DNA of 60,283 nucleotides, the filler included, from Bipalium vagum (lineage: Eukaryota): the NCBI GenBank assembly GCA_037834085.1. It is 3 parts of 3 records of this genome, joined end to end, with 100 filler letters (N's around TTAATTAATTAA, not from the genome) between each part and the next. Parts side by side here need not be neighbours in the genome. Positions count along the whole stretch, not along the records: positions 43,788 to 60,283 come from JBBMKC010108522.1; 2 more parts are not named here. The stretch is one strand, 5' to 3'. Below are positions 48,151-60,283 of the stretch, in pieces. Every line of letters begins with the position of its first letter. Position 1 is the first letter of the stretch. The notes under the pieces were generated by a model. The model saw only the letters and a program-made list of their open reading frames with translations. It was not told where the DNA came from and did no database searches. The position numbers were made by a program, and so were the translations under genes.

Positions 48151-50959
48151 GAGCTGGTACTTTATCAAAACAAACTTGCTAAAATTGATTAGCTAAATTT
48201 GATTTAAATGACATCTCCATCTCAATCGCTCAGTGGACATTGATTCAATTAACCTCGAAGCTATCACTAAGTAAAATCTAACACTATTATTGATTATTCT
48301 ACACTATTAAAAAATAGTAACAATACTGAATATGCAACCAGAGAAAAAAATGAGAATATTGGAATATTTTTTTAGATCCAACGTTTAGGTATCACATAGA
48401 TTAACATAGTTTAAATCATCAATTCTTTAAAAAGTTGATTACTAATGATAAAATCGGTCGCCTACATCAATGTTGTCCACAAAAGATTATGATATAGGAC
48501 TGATTCAAGAGATCTAGAAATTAATGAAATACATACAAATCGTTCAAACTATTTAAATTAAAAGGGTATTAAATGTTAAAACAACAATATATCACTGAAT
48601 TCTCAGAGCATATTATTTACTTTCGGGTGGCTTGTGTTAATTCTCTAAACTTGGTATCTATAACTATTAGATTCGATAGATGCAAAATTTCTTGAACAGG
48701 AAAAATCCATTGATAAAGAGTCAATTAGAATTCATTTCAACTCTTTTACGAGTTAACTCGTGAACAAGAAACACGAGGGAAATGGTGCCTGTTGCAGATT
48801 TTCCTCGAAAGAGGTGGCTTTTCATAAATAAAATTTTGTTTGTTTCATATTCACACAATAATAGTCAGTATAAGATTTTCCCACTTATTTCTCAACACAA
48901 TAATTTAATTTTAATTTAATTAATTTAAACAACGTGTCAACAATATTGGTAATCTACATAAAAATATATTTTGCCAAAATATAATGTTATATTTTATTAT
49001 TTTAACCATGAGTACTTATCACAATAAATTACATGAATTACGGTGAATTAAAGTAAAAGGTTTTTGTAGATTTTATACTCCTAAACCTTTCCCTAGAACT
49101 TTGGAAAAAAAGAAATGATAAGGAGAGCTCCAAAGAGAATGAATTTATACCAGGTTTTTTCTTAATGTGTTAAAGATAAGCTAATTTTGTTGACGAAGAC
49201 TATGTTAATAATATAAACAAAAACATATATGATGAAGAGAATCAAATCAAAATTGAGATATTGAGCTAATTCCACACTCATTAAGCAATAATACGAAAAT
49301 TTTTTTGCTCATATCAATTTGCTTCAAAGGAAAAAATATCACAAGATTTTTCTTGCAATTGTATTAAAAAATAAATTTTAATTATCAATTTACATGAAAA
49401 TAACAAAAAAATTTTTTACAAAGGGAAAACAACTAATTAATCCTTGGGAAAATAATGAGTTTTATTAATTTATTTTTCGCAAAGAAAGAGATCGTATAAA
49501 ATATTCAATCTCTGAATGGAATTAAATAAAAATATTAGAATAAAAATAATTGACGATAATGTCCTCTTTTTTAATATTGGTCCATATGATCTCTTATTTG
49601 ACGATCTTTATTGTAATTGAGCTTGATCGAACTTGTACATATTCCATGTCGCATATCTAAAACTGTTATATTATAAATCAATCGAAGGCCTGGTCCATAC
49701 ATAATTTCATTTTTATTTTCACAATATACAACAAACGTTTTTAATCGTATTTTTATGACTTTTACTAATGGTTTACTTTGAACTGGTTATTCATTTCCAC
49801 TCTGTGGTTTGTGCAGGAAATCTACGTAAATGTATTTTAATAATATCTTTTCTGGTATTTATACAATTTTAATATCCAACTTGAAACATAATCAAGAAGT
49901 TTCAAATAACTGGAGCGTTGTTCTAAATAGATTAATATTTCAACCTTGCCAAGATTTGTTAAATGATGATTTTCTGTTAGCATATAAATCATCTTATGGT
50001 TATTTGTTTCTGACGGCCTTCCGCAACACAGACCGTACTGATAACCACATTCAGGTATCACATCATCTCCATATGTGCTGAATTTTTATCCTTTTGGTCA
50101 GAAAATAATAAAATATGTATGTAATATAACTTGTTACTTTTTTGAGAGATAACCAAATCACAGCTGCAGACTTCCCTTGGCTTCATTTTCTAAGGCTTGA
50201 TTCACATTTACAAAAAATATTTTAAAAAGATATTTCACTACATTATTATTTTAGAAAAATGTTTTACCGTCAGCCCGGAACCCAGGACCTAAATTTAACT
50301 CTCGACTCATTGGAGGTTTGCTGACAGTAGACTAAAAGAAATATTTGATATAAAAATAAAATCATGACAGAAATGTCAATTATTAAGATTGTCAGGATCT
50401 GATAATTTAAAACGATCTTTTATTTTTCTAATCGAGATTAAATCATTGAAAAAAAACAAACTTTTCCAACAGTCCAATATAATATAAAATAACTTTATTT
50501 CCAAATTATTGAAAATATTAAATAAAAATATTTCCAAAAAATTAATATTTTACAATTCACAGAATAATTTTGAAAATCTGGCATCACTTCAATTTTAAAG
50601 GATGAATAAAATATAATTCGTCAAATTTTCTGAAAATACTCGACAATAATTTATTAAAATATTTAAAGAAATAATATTTTCAAAAAATCACCGTTTATTA
50701 ATTCACAAAATTTGGAAATTAGGATAAATTCTGAGTTTTAAGGTTTATTTGTATGAAAATATTAGCAAGATTATTTGTTCTCGGGTTGTCAAGCCTGAAA
50801 TTTGTAGTTAATAATGGTGTCAACTTTTATAGTTGATATTGGTTTAATATTTTACCATTCATTTTTTGTATTGTTAATTTAGATATTTTTTCTGCATAAT
50901 GTAATCTTTGTAAACTGAAAAAAATATTAATCAATTTTATCTAAACTGGAAATTTCTGA

Positions 50960-51600
50960 AGGGCGCATCATTATGAATTAATAAAGGGCGTCCTGTGCAA
51001 AGGAGAAATGGTGGGGAAAACTATGGAAATTCCTGAAGATTTTAATAATGTGGAAGATACCAAGGAAGTGGGAGCTGTGGCTGAAGGAAGAAATTTTTTA
51101 TAACAGAGCGAGTAATGAATGGAAGAGCAAGTATAACAGTGGGAATGCAAAAACAAAGATTCGAATGCTCATTAGATACAGGAGCTTGAGTCATTGTGAT
51201 GAGTATGAAAAATTTGAATAAACTTAAATACGTCAAAGTAGTAAGAAGCAGTGACAGGTTAAGGTGTGGGAACTATAGCCAACTGGGAATAGTTGGAAAA
51301 TGCTCACTTCTGATGACAATAGGAAACCAGGCAAAACTGGAGAAATTTACAGTAGTAGAGAAAATCTCCGGTTTGATGGGGAGAATAAATCTCCAGTATT
51401 TATTTTGATTTAGATTAATTAAAGAAAACTCCGAACAGACTAAAACTAAAGTAAAGGATAGAGAAGATTCATATGTGTGTATTATTAAAGGGCAGCTTGG
51501 CAATGAAGTCAAGGAGGAAGAGTATCTTAAGAGGGCAGTAGAACTAACAGAAGCGACAAGCAAACGGCGATTGGTGCATATTGTAAAAGAGAATGAAGAT
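50960..51600 (+). mobile_element. Gypsy/Ty3 gag-protease fragment
   Basis: ITVGMQKQRFECSLDTGA*VIVMS...RLRCGNYSQLGIVGKCSLLMTIGNQAKLEKFTVVEKISGLMG: retropepsin LDTGA active-site motif followed by an in-frame stop. Confidence 0.82.
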
Positions 51601-51814
51601 GTTTTCATTTATTTTTAAATATATTAACTTAGGTTCGGCTAAAAAAAATTTATCAAAAGTATTTTAAAATTTATGAATAAACCTTGAACGTAAAAAATGC
51701 ATAATTTATTTATTAAATAATTTTTTTGTTTAAATAATGCTTTTTTCAAATTCATAAACAAACATGAATTAAAACAGCTCAGAGCAACCGATAAAGCAGC
51801 TTTAGTGACACTTA

Positions 51815-52780
51815 TACATATGGGGTGAAACATAGTGAATTAAGAGCAATCTATAATATCAAACAGCCAACTGTGTCAAAAATAGTCAAAGATACAAAAT
51901 ATGAAAATATATGTTCAGGATCAGTGTCCTAAGAGAAAACTGTCCGATAAAGATATTGCTGTATTGGTGTCCAAAACTATTAAAAATTTTTAAATTAAGA
52001 ATATCGATAAATGAGTGGGCTTTTCGAAGATATTTGTCGGATGCCAGTCTTCTTGGAAGAGCTATTATCTCTAAATCAAAGGTATCAAAGAATAATATCA
52101 AAATAAAAAATAAACTCTTTAAACAGTAGATATTGTTTGATAAAAATATTTGGAATAAAAACACATGGTCAGATGAGGGCAAAATTAATTTTTATGGATC
52201 AGACGGAAAAAATGTTGTGCGATCTCCCAAACAAAGGAAACAAAAATATGCAAATCTAGCCTACCGTAAGGTATGGAAGTAAAAATTTTATGGTTTGGAA
52301 ATACTTATCGGGTAAAGATATTGGAAGACTGCAAATTATTATAGGTATCATGGGGAGGATATCATACAAAAATATTTTAAAGTTAACGCAATTCCCAAAT
52401 TATATGGGATTGATAGATTTTTCAGGAATGACCTTCCCAGTCACCAGATTTGAGCCACATAGAACGTATATATGCATTTTTAAAACGTAAAATAGTTGTA
52501 AGAGACCCAAAAAGAATCAAAGAGTTGAAAGCTGCTATTATGGAAGAATGGGAAAAAATACCAATTGTATATTGTAAAAAGTGTTCAAAAGAGCAAATGA
52601 GGTATATCGAGCTAAATTTCGTCACATATCCTTTTAAATATAAATTTTGTTCAATGTAAATCTCAGGCGTTATAATATTTAATAAAAATATTCGTTTTCG
52701 TCACTTAATATATCTTTATTTTATTTTAATTGCTTAAAAATTGGGATTTAAAAAATTCAATTTTGATGTCCACACCCTAT
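51815..52780 (+). mobile_element. Tc1-like (DD34E) transposon, degenerate
   Basis: WSDEGKINFYGSDG, PTVRYGSKNFMVW, SQSPDLSHIERIYAFLKRKI...ELKAAIMEEWEKIP; inverted-repeat-like atggggtgaaacat (about 51820) and atgtccacaccctat (about 52766). Confidence 0.88.
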
Positions 52781-53159
52781 TTGGTTTTTATGTTTAAATT
52801 GTTTATAAATATTTCTTTTTTAAGCAAAAAATTTAAACTTTTGTTAGAAAAAGTATTATTAAATAATATCTGCATTTTAAACCTCTGTTTACTTTTAAAT
52901 TACGTCAGATACTAAAGCATTTTCTCTGATCCTCCATGTCAGGATTTTTGTCAGGATTTCAACTTTTGTCGGTGCACAGATTATTGAATCATTGTTGACG
53001 AAATCCAATGTCTTTCTCATAAGTATAAATGTTGTTGTGACCGTGCTGCGAAGATCACCCATAAAATAAATGAAGCAGTAAAAGTGTGCAGCGTGCTAAA
53101 TTAGTTCAAAACATTTATTAATTAAGATGAAATGCTGGAAAGTGATAAAAGTCTTTGAT

Positions 53160-53345
53160 TTTTTTACAGCTGATAATGATAAAGTAAAGATCTTGGTCGA
53201 TGCAGATTAACGTACAACCCCGGACCTTACCTAAAAGCTAAGAATCAGTCATCCAAAAATTCTATACCATCTCCAACAACTTGGGAAAATATCAAAGCTT
53301 GGCAAATGGCTGCCTCATGAATTGAACGATTCTCAGAAAAGTGGT
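53160..53345 (+). mobile_element. Mariner N-terminal fragment
   Basis: HLQQLGKISKLGKWLPHELNDSQK (WVPHEL motif). Confidence 0.8.
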
Positions 53346-53899
53346 TTCCATTTATTATTTATTTATTTAAGAATTTCTGAGTCTTATTATAAATCATAGC
53401 TAGTTTTCTGTCTTAGTTATCAGAAAAACGTTCTTTATCTTCTGTAAAAGTAAATCAATTAACTTTTTTTGTTTTCCTTATGGTTAATGCTAATCTTTAT
53501 TTGGATTTATTATTTTTTATTAACAATTAATTTATAAAATTCATATGACTGTTAAGAAAAGCCTTTTCACTTACTTTATTTGCTTTAAATGCTTATTAGT
53601 CGATTTCAGATGCAATTAATGAGAATAAATATTATTTATTTTTCTTTAATTAATACAGACTTAAATCACTCATTAATTACATTACATTAAGTGCTTTGAT
53701 CACTCGGAATAGCATCAATAATAGTTCCAAAAAAGTATTAATAATTCGTATTTTATTTCATTCAACAATATTTTGTACCTTAAAAAAATATAGAAATTTT
53801 TTGTACTTTTATAAATCTGACCTTTGAAAAATCAATTTTAAACCTAATACTGGGTTTATCAATTTTATATTACAATAACTGTACTGTAATATTTGATTA

Positions 53900-54410
53900 A
53901 CCGCCTAGAACCACTAAAGCTGATTGTTTTGCAACCGAACGAAAAAATCACCAGGAATAATTATCAACTAGATTTGATGCTTTTTATCCGAGCATTAAAG
54001 AATGAATGACTAAATTACATGGACAAGCATGATAAAGTCATTTTGGTCGGCAGCCTGTTTAATACTACAAAACCATTAAATGGGAAGTTATAGAACACCC
54101 GGTGTATTTTTCAGACATTGCTTCTACGGATAACCACCAAAATCAGTTTGATATCGAATAGTCTTGCTGATTATCATTTTCATTTGTACATCAACACCAG
54201 GAAACTAGTTCGAATCTTGGATCTTCTCAAAAATCAACGATTTCTTTCATAGCGGAACTCGTACCTATCTGAAAAGTGGGAGTATGTGGTGTTAGGCGGT
54301 TCGAGCAATAACTTTGTGCTTATTTTATTGTAATAAATATTATTTATTTTAGTTATTTCTTCATAATTATTTCTGAAAACATTTCCGAACATTAATTCAC
54401 ACACCTGATC
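53900..54410 (+). mobile_element. Mariner C-terminal fragment
   Basis: KWEVIEHPVYFSDIASTDNH (degenerate HPPYSPDLAPSDYH), LSEKWEYVV; TIR-like end ...ttcacacacctga near 54408. Confidence 0.75.
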
Positions 54411-55303
54411 AATGATTCTACATGTCAACACAGAATATAATAATTAATATTTAATTGGTTATTTCATATTAAATATTACATGAATATTATTTTATATATA
54501 ATATAAAGAAGTGATAAAAAAGGGGTAATAAAATGATAATTTTATTTTCACTATTGTCTACCCTGCAGTATCAATTTACCACATGGATTATTTTCGAAGT
54601 GATTGATTTATTATACAACATTCTAAATTAAAAACTTAAAATATCAATTTTTTACCAAATAGTTTTATGATAATACTAATATTATTAATATTAAATTCAT
54701 TAATAATATTTCTTCTATTCGTTGGTTATCAGCTTAGTTTAAGAACTATAGAGGAGGTGAAGTCTGTAAGTTAAAAAAATCATTCCAAACTTCAATCCTT
54801 ATAAATCTAAGAAATAAATGTGTAACAGGAATAAATTATATTCTTTCATAATTGAAAACTTTGCTAATCAGCCTCACAGCTTATCTCGCTCGACAATGTA
54901 GTACTAGACCAAAGCAAAAATTAATAAGGTGAAGTAGCATGGAAACTAGAAATTGGGCTCTATCTATAGGGCATTCTCATCATCATTATCCAAACGATGA
55001 CCAAATTAACTAAGCAAAAAAAAATAATAATAAAATTCTTCGGGAAATTAATTCATACCAATTAATCATATTGAAGAAACAATGTAAAATTCAGGTATAC
55101 AGACCACTGTAAATAAATAAATGAACTCTAAGATAAATTAATTTGATTATTAATAGAAAAAGGAAGATTTCACTTTAATAAAGAGTCAGATGAAGGGTTT
55201 CAGGATAGTCGTAAGAAACATGATAAAAAAATATAAAAGCTAAAAATTATGGTATTGTTAGATACAAAAGTTTGTGGACCTAAAAAGTTTTATATGTTTA
55301 AAT

Positions 55304-55800
55304 ACAGTCGAAGATCTATTTAACAACTACCTTTAGGACCAAGCTTAGGTGTCGTTACATCGAAATTTTCACATTTCTTTCCAAAAATAAACAATGTTCT
55401 TCAATTATTTAATTAACTTTTTTATTCCCTGATTAATCTTGAGAATTATTGAATTTCAAGCAAAAAAATTCTGAGCCACTAATTATTTTCTCGAAACGTA
55501 ACTAGAATTAGTTAAGCGCAAATTTCCTTTGCCCTTTCATGAGTAAGTTGCCCAGTAACTGGTAGATCTTCGTATTTAAATTGTTTCATTGTTTTTCGTT
55601 TATGATCAATACCATTTTCAATGAGACTCATTATTGTATCTTTGGATTTGATGATTCCAATAATAGTTGTTCTTGGACTTCAGATCCTTTTGCAAGTTCA
55701 GAGTACTGTTGTTAGTTTTGAAAACAATAATTTCCCCTTTCACTAAAATTCAACTGAAGTCGTTTTGATTTTGAAGGTTCTTGTTGACTAACATTTGATA
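55304..55800 (-). mobile_element. pogo/Tigger-like remnant (CENP-B-type HTH region)
   Basis: TA|cagtcgaagatctatttaacaac terminus at 55304; minus-strand remnant DLPVTGQL..E.A resembling the CENP-B-type HTH. Confidence 0.55.
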
Positions 55801-55989
55801 CTCCAAAGAAAGATGAAATGCTATTGTATGAAGAGCAAATTTCAATAATTTGATACATATTATTAATTAAAGCTGATCATTATATTTTTGAAAATAATAT
55901 ATTTAAACAATTTCCTTGTTTTGAAGTAATTTTCTAGGGATTCAAATTGCAAAAATCTTAATTTCCAAGTATCGTTATAATAACGAAAG

Positions 55990-56240
55990 ATAAGATATAA
56001 AAATGGGTCGTTAAATATAAGTTTAATTATACATATGTTTGGGCAATCGAAGTATTGGGTAGTATAAAAGTGGAAACGAGGAACAAAGACCAGCAAATAT
56101 ATGAAGGTCCATTTCAAATCAAAAGAAAGATACATGGAAGGCGGTATTTGATAGAACACGCAGATGGAAGAATTCTAGAGAGGAACCTTGAGAAGTTAAA
56201 AAAATTATTGAGAGGGGGGATATAAGGAGTGATTCGAACA
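55990..56240 (+). mobile_element. Gypsy integrase 3' end with polypurine tract
   Basis: SKYEGPFQIKRKIHGRRYLIEHADGRILERNLEKLKKLLRGG (GPF/Y module) ending in PPT gagagggggga at about 56210-56220. Confidence 0.78.
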
Positions 56241-57902
56241 ATTAGTTTGTTTAATTTTTAAAAAATAAGAATCTCATGCCTAAATTAACAATTATTAAAT
56301 GTTTTTAATTTAAAATTTTTAAAAATTATAATGTTACGGTTTTTATAAAATATTTAAACAAATATTTAAAATAAATGTTAGTAAATTTTAAAAAGGTAAA
56401 TCATTTAATTTAAAAAAAAGGTGAAGTCCAAGTTTGAAAAGTTTGCTTGAGTAATCGGATTTAATGAAATATATTATCATTGCTTTGATTTTGAATTATT
56501 ACTTAAAATGACTTCACAAGAATATAACTAGAGTAATTTATATCTTGGGTTTTTTTAATTTATGGATTTTTTTATATAACCTTTACAGGTTTGTGTTAGA
56601 GGTAGAATGTAGTTTTTAAGAAAAGAAAACTGAGAAAAGAATTTATAATAAAATAGTGAAAAATAAAGTTTGCTTCATAAACTCATGAAGGTCACCAATA
56701 ATCCATAAAGAAAGACGAGTTATGAGTTTGATACAAAATCTGAAGTACAAAGAACGAGAACCAAAAATACTTCAAAGTGACTCAAAGTTTGCTGAACTAT
56801 TCTTTTTATTAGCTCAATGTTGTGTTTGCTGTATTTCTTCCTTAGCAGGTATTAGTTACCAAAATATATGATCTTAATATTATAAAAAATATCTTTTGAT
56901 ACTGGTTAACATTATTGCAGAACACCCTTTTTATTTTGGGTCAATATAAATACATTTTTGATCCAAAACAGGAATGGATCAATACAATTGTCTTCTCTAG
57001 CAGAAATTGACATTTAGTGAAAAAGACGTTATCTCATTTAGGTCATTTGAAGGGGTTATATTGAATATGAAAGGTTTGCAGAAAGATAATGGTCCCTGTG
57101 ATTTATTGACGAAATTATTATTTTGTTAATTTAAGTTAATTATTCCTTTCCAATTTGTCCGTGATGTGAGTGCGACCACGTATATTTTGATGTTGATATT
57201 TTGATATAGCTATAAAATATGTTAAAAATGTCCAAAAATTAAAGCTACAAATTATTCAAAGATAAAAAATAAAAAATAAGAGAATTAAATGGTAATTTAA
57301 TTAATTTATCTTTTTGGTTTGAAGCAATCAGATGAAAATATTCTATTTTTATTTTATTTATCTTCTATTTTTGACAAAAAAAATAAATTGAGTCTGTAAA
57401 AAAATTGATTTTATAATGAATTTTAAGCAGGAAAATGGGTTATAGATTATTTAGTCACATTTATTTCATAATTATAACATGTTCATATCTCAATAAAACA
57501 AATGAATAAGATCAATATTAATGGATTTTATCCAAGACATTTAATAAAGCCCATTTTAAAATAAGATAAAATTGCAAAAAAGTGACCTTATAATATTCAG
57601 CAAATTCAGAAAATAGTATAACAATGTCCTTCAGTCTTTGGTGACATGGTATTTGTTGTGGAGAGAATGGAGAAAAAATCGACTGTCTTGTAAATGCAGG
57701 AAGTCATTATGTTTAACTGTACCGTGAGAAATCCTGGAAATGCTAAAAAAATTATTAAAATTTTTTCATTTAAAGACATTTGCGGAAAATTCAGAAAATT
57801 ATCCCTAAAAATTTCAAATATTTTGACAGGCATGGTTACATGAACGGCAACATAGCAGTAGCTGCACTGCATAAATATGTCCTTTCTCATAAATTATATA
57901 TA

Positions 57903-57945
57903 ATTATTATATTATTATATTATTATATTATTATATTATTATATT
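57903..57945. repeat. (ATTAT)n pentanucleotide microsatellite
   Basis: attatattatattatattatattatattatat run. Confidence 0.8.
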
Positions 57946-58767
57946 TAATTTTTGTATAACATTATTAGGAACTGTAGAATATTAGCGCATAATATATATA
58001 ATATAAAATAAAATGAAAAAATATTTTTTTTTATTTGCTCTATCAATTGACCCTTTGGCTGCTTCAAAAATATTTTTATACAAAATGACTTTACTTTTTA
58101 TTTCATTACAGCTTTGATTCTTTTATCAACGAAAAACCTTTCCAAAAGATCTTTTATTTTATAAAAATATTTATTTGTAAAAAATGTAATTGTAGAACAC
58201 TTGATGAAATATATTAAGAAATATCCTTGAAATAATGGTCCTCATTAACTCAATTATAATCTGTTCTGAAATTATAAAATAAGGATTTAAGCAGTGACTG
58301 TCCTTATCCCTTCAATACCGGCTTGATTCTCAACGCCAAATTCAGAGTCGAATATCTCTTAATTTTAACGTCATTTTTATGAACGTCTTTATCTTAGCTG
58401 AACCCAGGCTCTCTGTAATTACGAATTTACTTAATTATTTTTGTTAAATGTTAAATTAAGAAGTTTCAATTCTAGTTTAACCTATTCTTTTCACTGTAGT
58501 AGTTTTTCTTCGTTATTTTTTAAAATTATTTTTATGGATTTATCGGGTAATAAATTTCAATATATTTTTGAAGGGTACTGTTTATTAGGAATGAACAGAA
58601 TTTTTAAAAATGAAGAGAAAGATGCAAAGTGCTATGATTAATTTCCTTATATAATGAATATAAATCTTTGCAATTGACTTTGTGTGTGTTATGTGAAAGA
58701 AAACGTATTGAAATGCCGTACCTCCTTGGCTGAAAATGATGATTTTCCATTATTAATAATTATAAAA

Positions 58768-59910
58768 TGCCGTCCATCTCTTGGGCCACCATATAAAAAT
58801 GGACATAAAAGCAGATTATAGTTTAAATTAGACGTTTTATGATTTGAACTACTTTAATTTAGAACAAGGATAGCGTTTTCATAAATTTTGATGTTAAAAT
58901 TAAGTTTTAAGTAAAATCTATATCTACATTTTTCTAATGGTTAAATAATATATTTTTTTAATTTTAGAATTATTTTGTTAAAAATGGCTAAGATATCAAT
59001 AGATATTAGGAAACTGAATGTTAAAAATTGAAAGAGGGCTTGTCTCAGAGGAAACTTTTAAATGAACTCAATATTTCAAGAAATGCTGTTCAACATCTTA
59101 TAGGAAAGCTGCAACATCATGAAACATTGAAAAACTTAAGTAAAAATGTCCGTAAGCCGAAAAATACACAAAAATCAGAAAAATCACTTATTTGGATGTC
59201 AAAGCAAAATCCCCAGAAAACATCAAATGATCCTTTCATCGATTGGAAATCAAGCCAAACTTCCTCATTTGGTACAATGAAGTGCATTCTGAGAAAGTAT
59301 TGCTTGTTTTGACGAATTGCAGTGAAAAAACCATATTTAAATGAGATACTTATCAAGAACAGCTTAAAGCGGTGCAGAGATTATAGCGAACTGCTTCCTT
59401 CTTTTTGGAATGAGATGATTTTTACTGATGAAAGCCGGATAGAACTGTTCTTTAAAAGAAGAGATTACGTCGCAGACCGGAAGAATCCAGGTTTAATCCA
59501 AAATATATCACGAAAACTGGTGAATTTAAAGGAAAGAGTTTGATGGTTTGAGGCGAAAATAAGAAGATGGTACTAGAGTACTCAAAAAGTGTAGGGTAGA
59601 ATTCTGATGTCTACCAGTATGTATTGAAGAAAGGGTTGTTGCCAATAAATGAGGCACAGAATATATTTTTTGGAAAAGTCCAAGTTATGCGTACTGAGTG
59701 ATTAGCCGGCTATATCGCCAGATCTGAATATAATTAATCCATTGTTGGCTAATCTGAAAACCAGGGTGGCTATGGTTGGCCGACAAATATTAAGGCCCTG
59801 TGGAATAATTCGGAGGAGCAACATCTAAGACAAAAAACCTTAATGAAAGCATTATGAAAGAAGGATATAAGAGGTAATAAAAAGTAAAGGTATGAATAGA
59901 AGTTACTAAT
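58768..59910 (+). mobile_element. Tc1-like transposon, degenerate
   Basis: MAKISIDIRKL...EGLSQRKL...ISRNAVQ (paired-like HTH), RKPKNTQKSEKSLI, KKPYL, MIFTDESRIELF, SPDLNII; left TIR-like tgccgtccatctcttgggccacc. Confidence 0.88.
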
Positions 59911-60283
59911 TTCGAGTACCATAATTGTTCATGAGATTAACTGTTTATTAAAATGTGTTTGCTCATTTGAAATATAAATAAAAGATGTTTTACTGATGCT
60001 TTAATCTTATATTAAAAAATACGTAAAAATTGATGTATTGAAAAAATTGATTTTTCTACATTTACAAAAACAATGGTTTGGAAATTTTTGATTGGAAACA
60101 TGTATTTAAACATATTCTCTCATATAGTTAAATAAAGACTGAATCAAAGTACTTCTAGTATTATATATCTATCATTTTATGGAAATAATAGGATTTCTAT
60201 TCTTAAGTAGTCATTTGAAAATAAGAATTTAAAGTCGAAGCAATAATAATATATTTCATTAAATCCAATTAATCAAACAAACT

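Noticed and set aside
57606-57890. 94-aa ORF with QCSYCYVAVH (PHD-like)
   Set aside because: Incomplete zinc-ligand set, no supporting splice structure, adjacent to a microsatellite.

Overview
Eukaryotic, very AT-rich genomic DNA with spliceosomal GT-AG introns (many 41-77 nt, a few kb-long and filled with transposon remnants). Composition, intron sizes and Tc1/mariner load are consistent with a freshwater planarian-type flatworm assembly; this is inference, not proven. Four spliced host genes were reconstructed by hand. (1) The 5' part of an endosomal Na+/H+ exchanger (SLC9A6/7/9 type, minus strand, runs off the left edge). (2) A small secreted F-type (fucose-binding) lectin gene that the ORF track misses entirely (plus strand, truncated by an assembly gap). 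(3) A DOK/IRS-like PH+PTB adaptor of about 711 aa (minus strand). (4) A complete CPEB1/Orb-type gene of about 579 aa (plus strand), divergent from the adaptor. The rest is decayed mobile DNA: many mariner and Tc1 copies, pogo/Tigger elements and a MITE, a Chapaev-like transposase remnant, a LINE 3' end, Gypsy fragments, and a 1.07-kb solo LTR with TSD and internal tandem repeats. Two 100-bp N-TTAATTAATTAA-N blocks are artificial assembly spacers. No rRNA, tRNA, CRISPR array or intact ribozyme could be supported, and I found no clearly novel multi-gene system.
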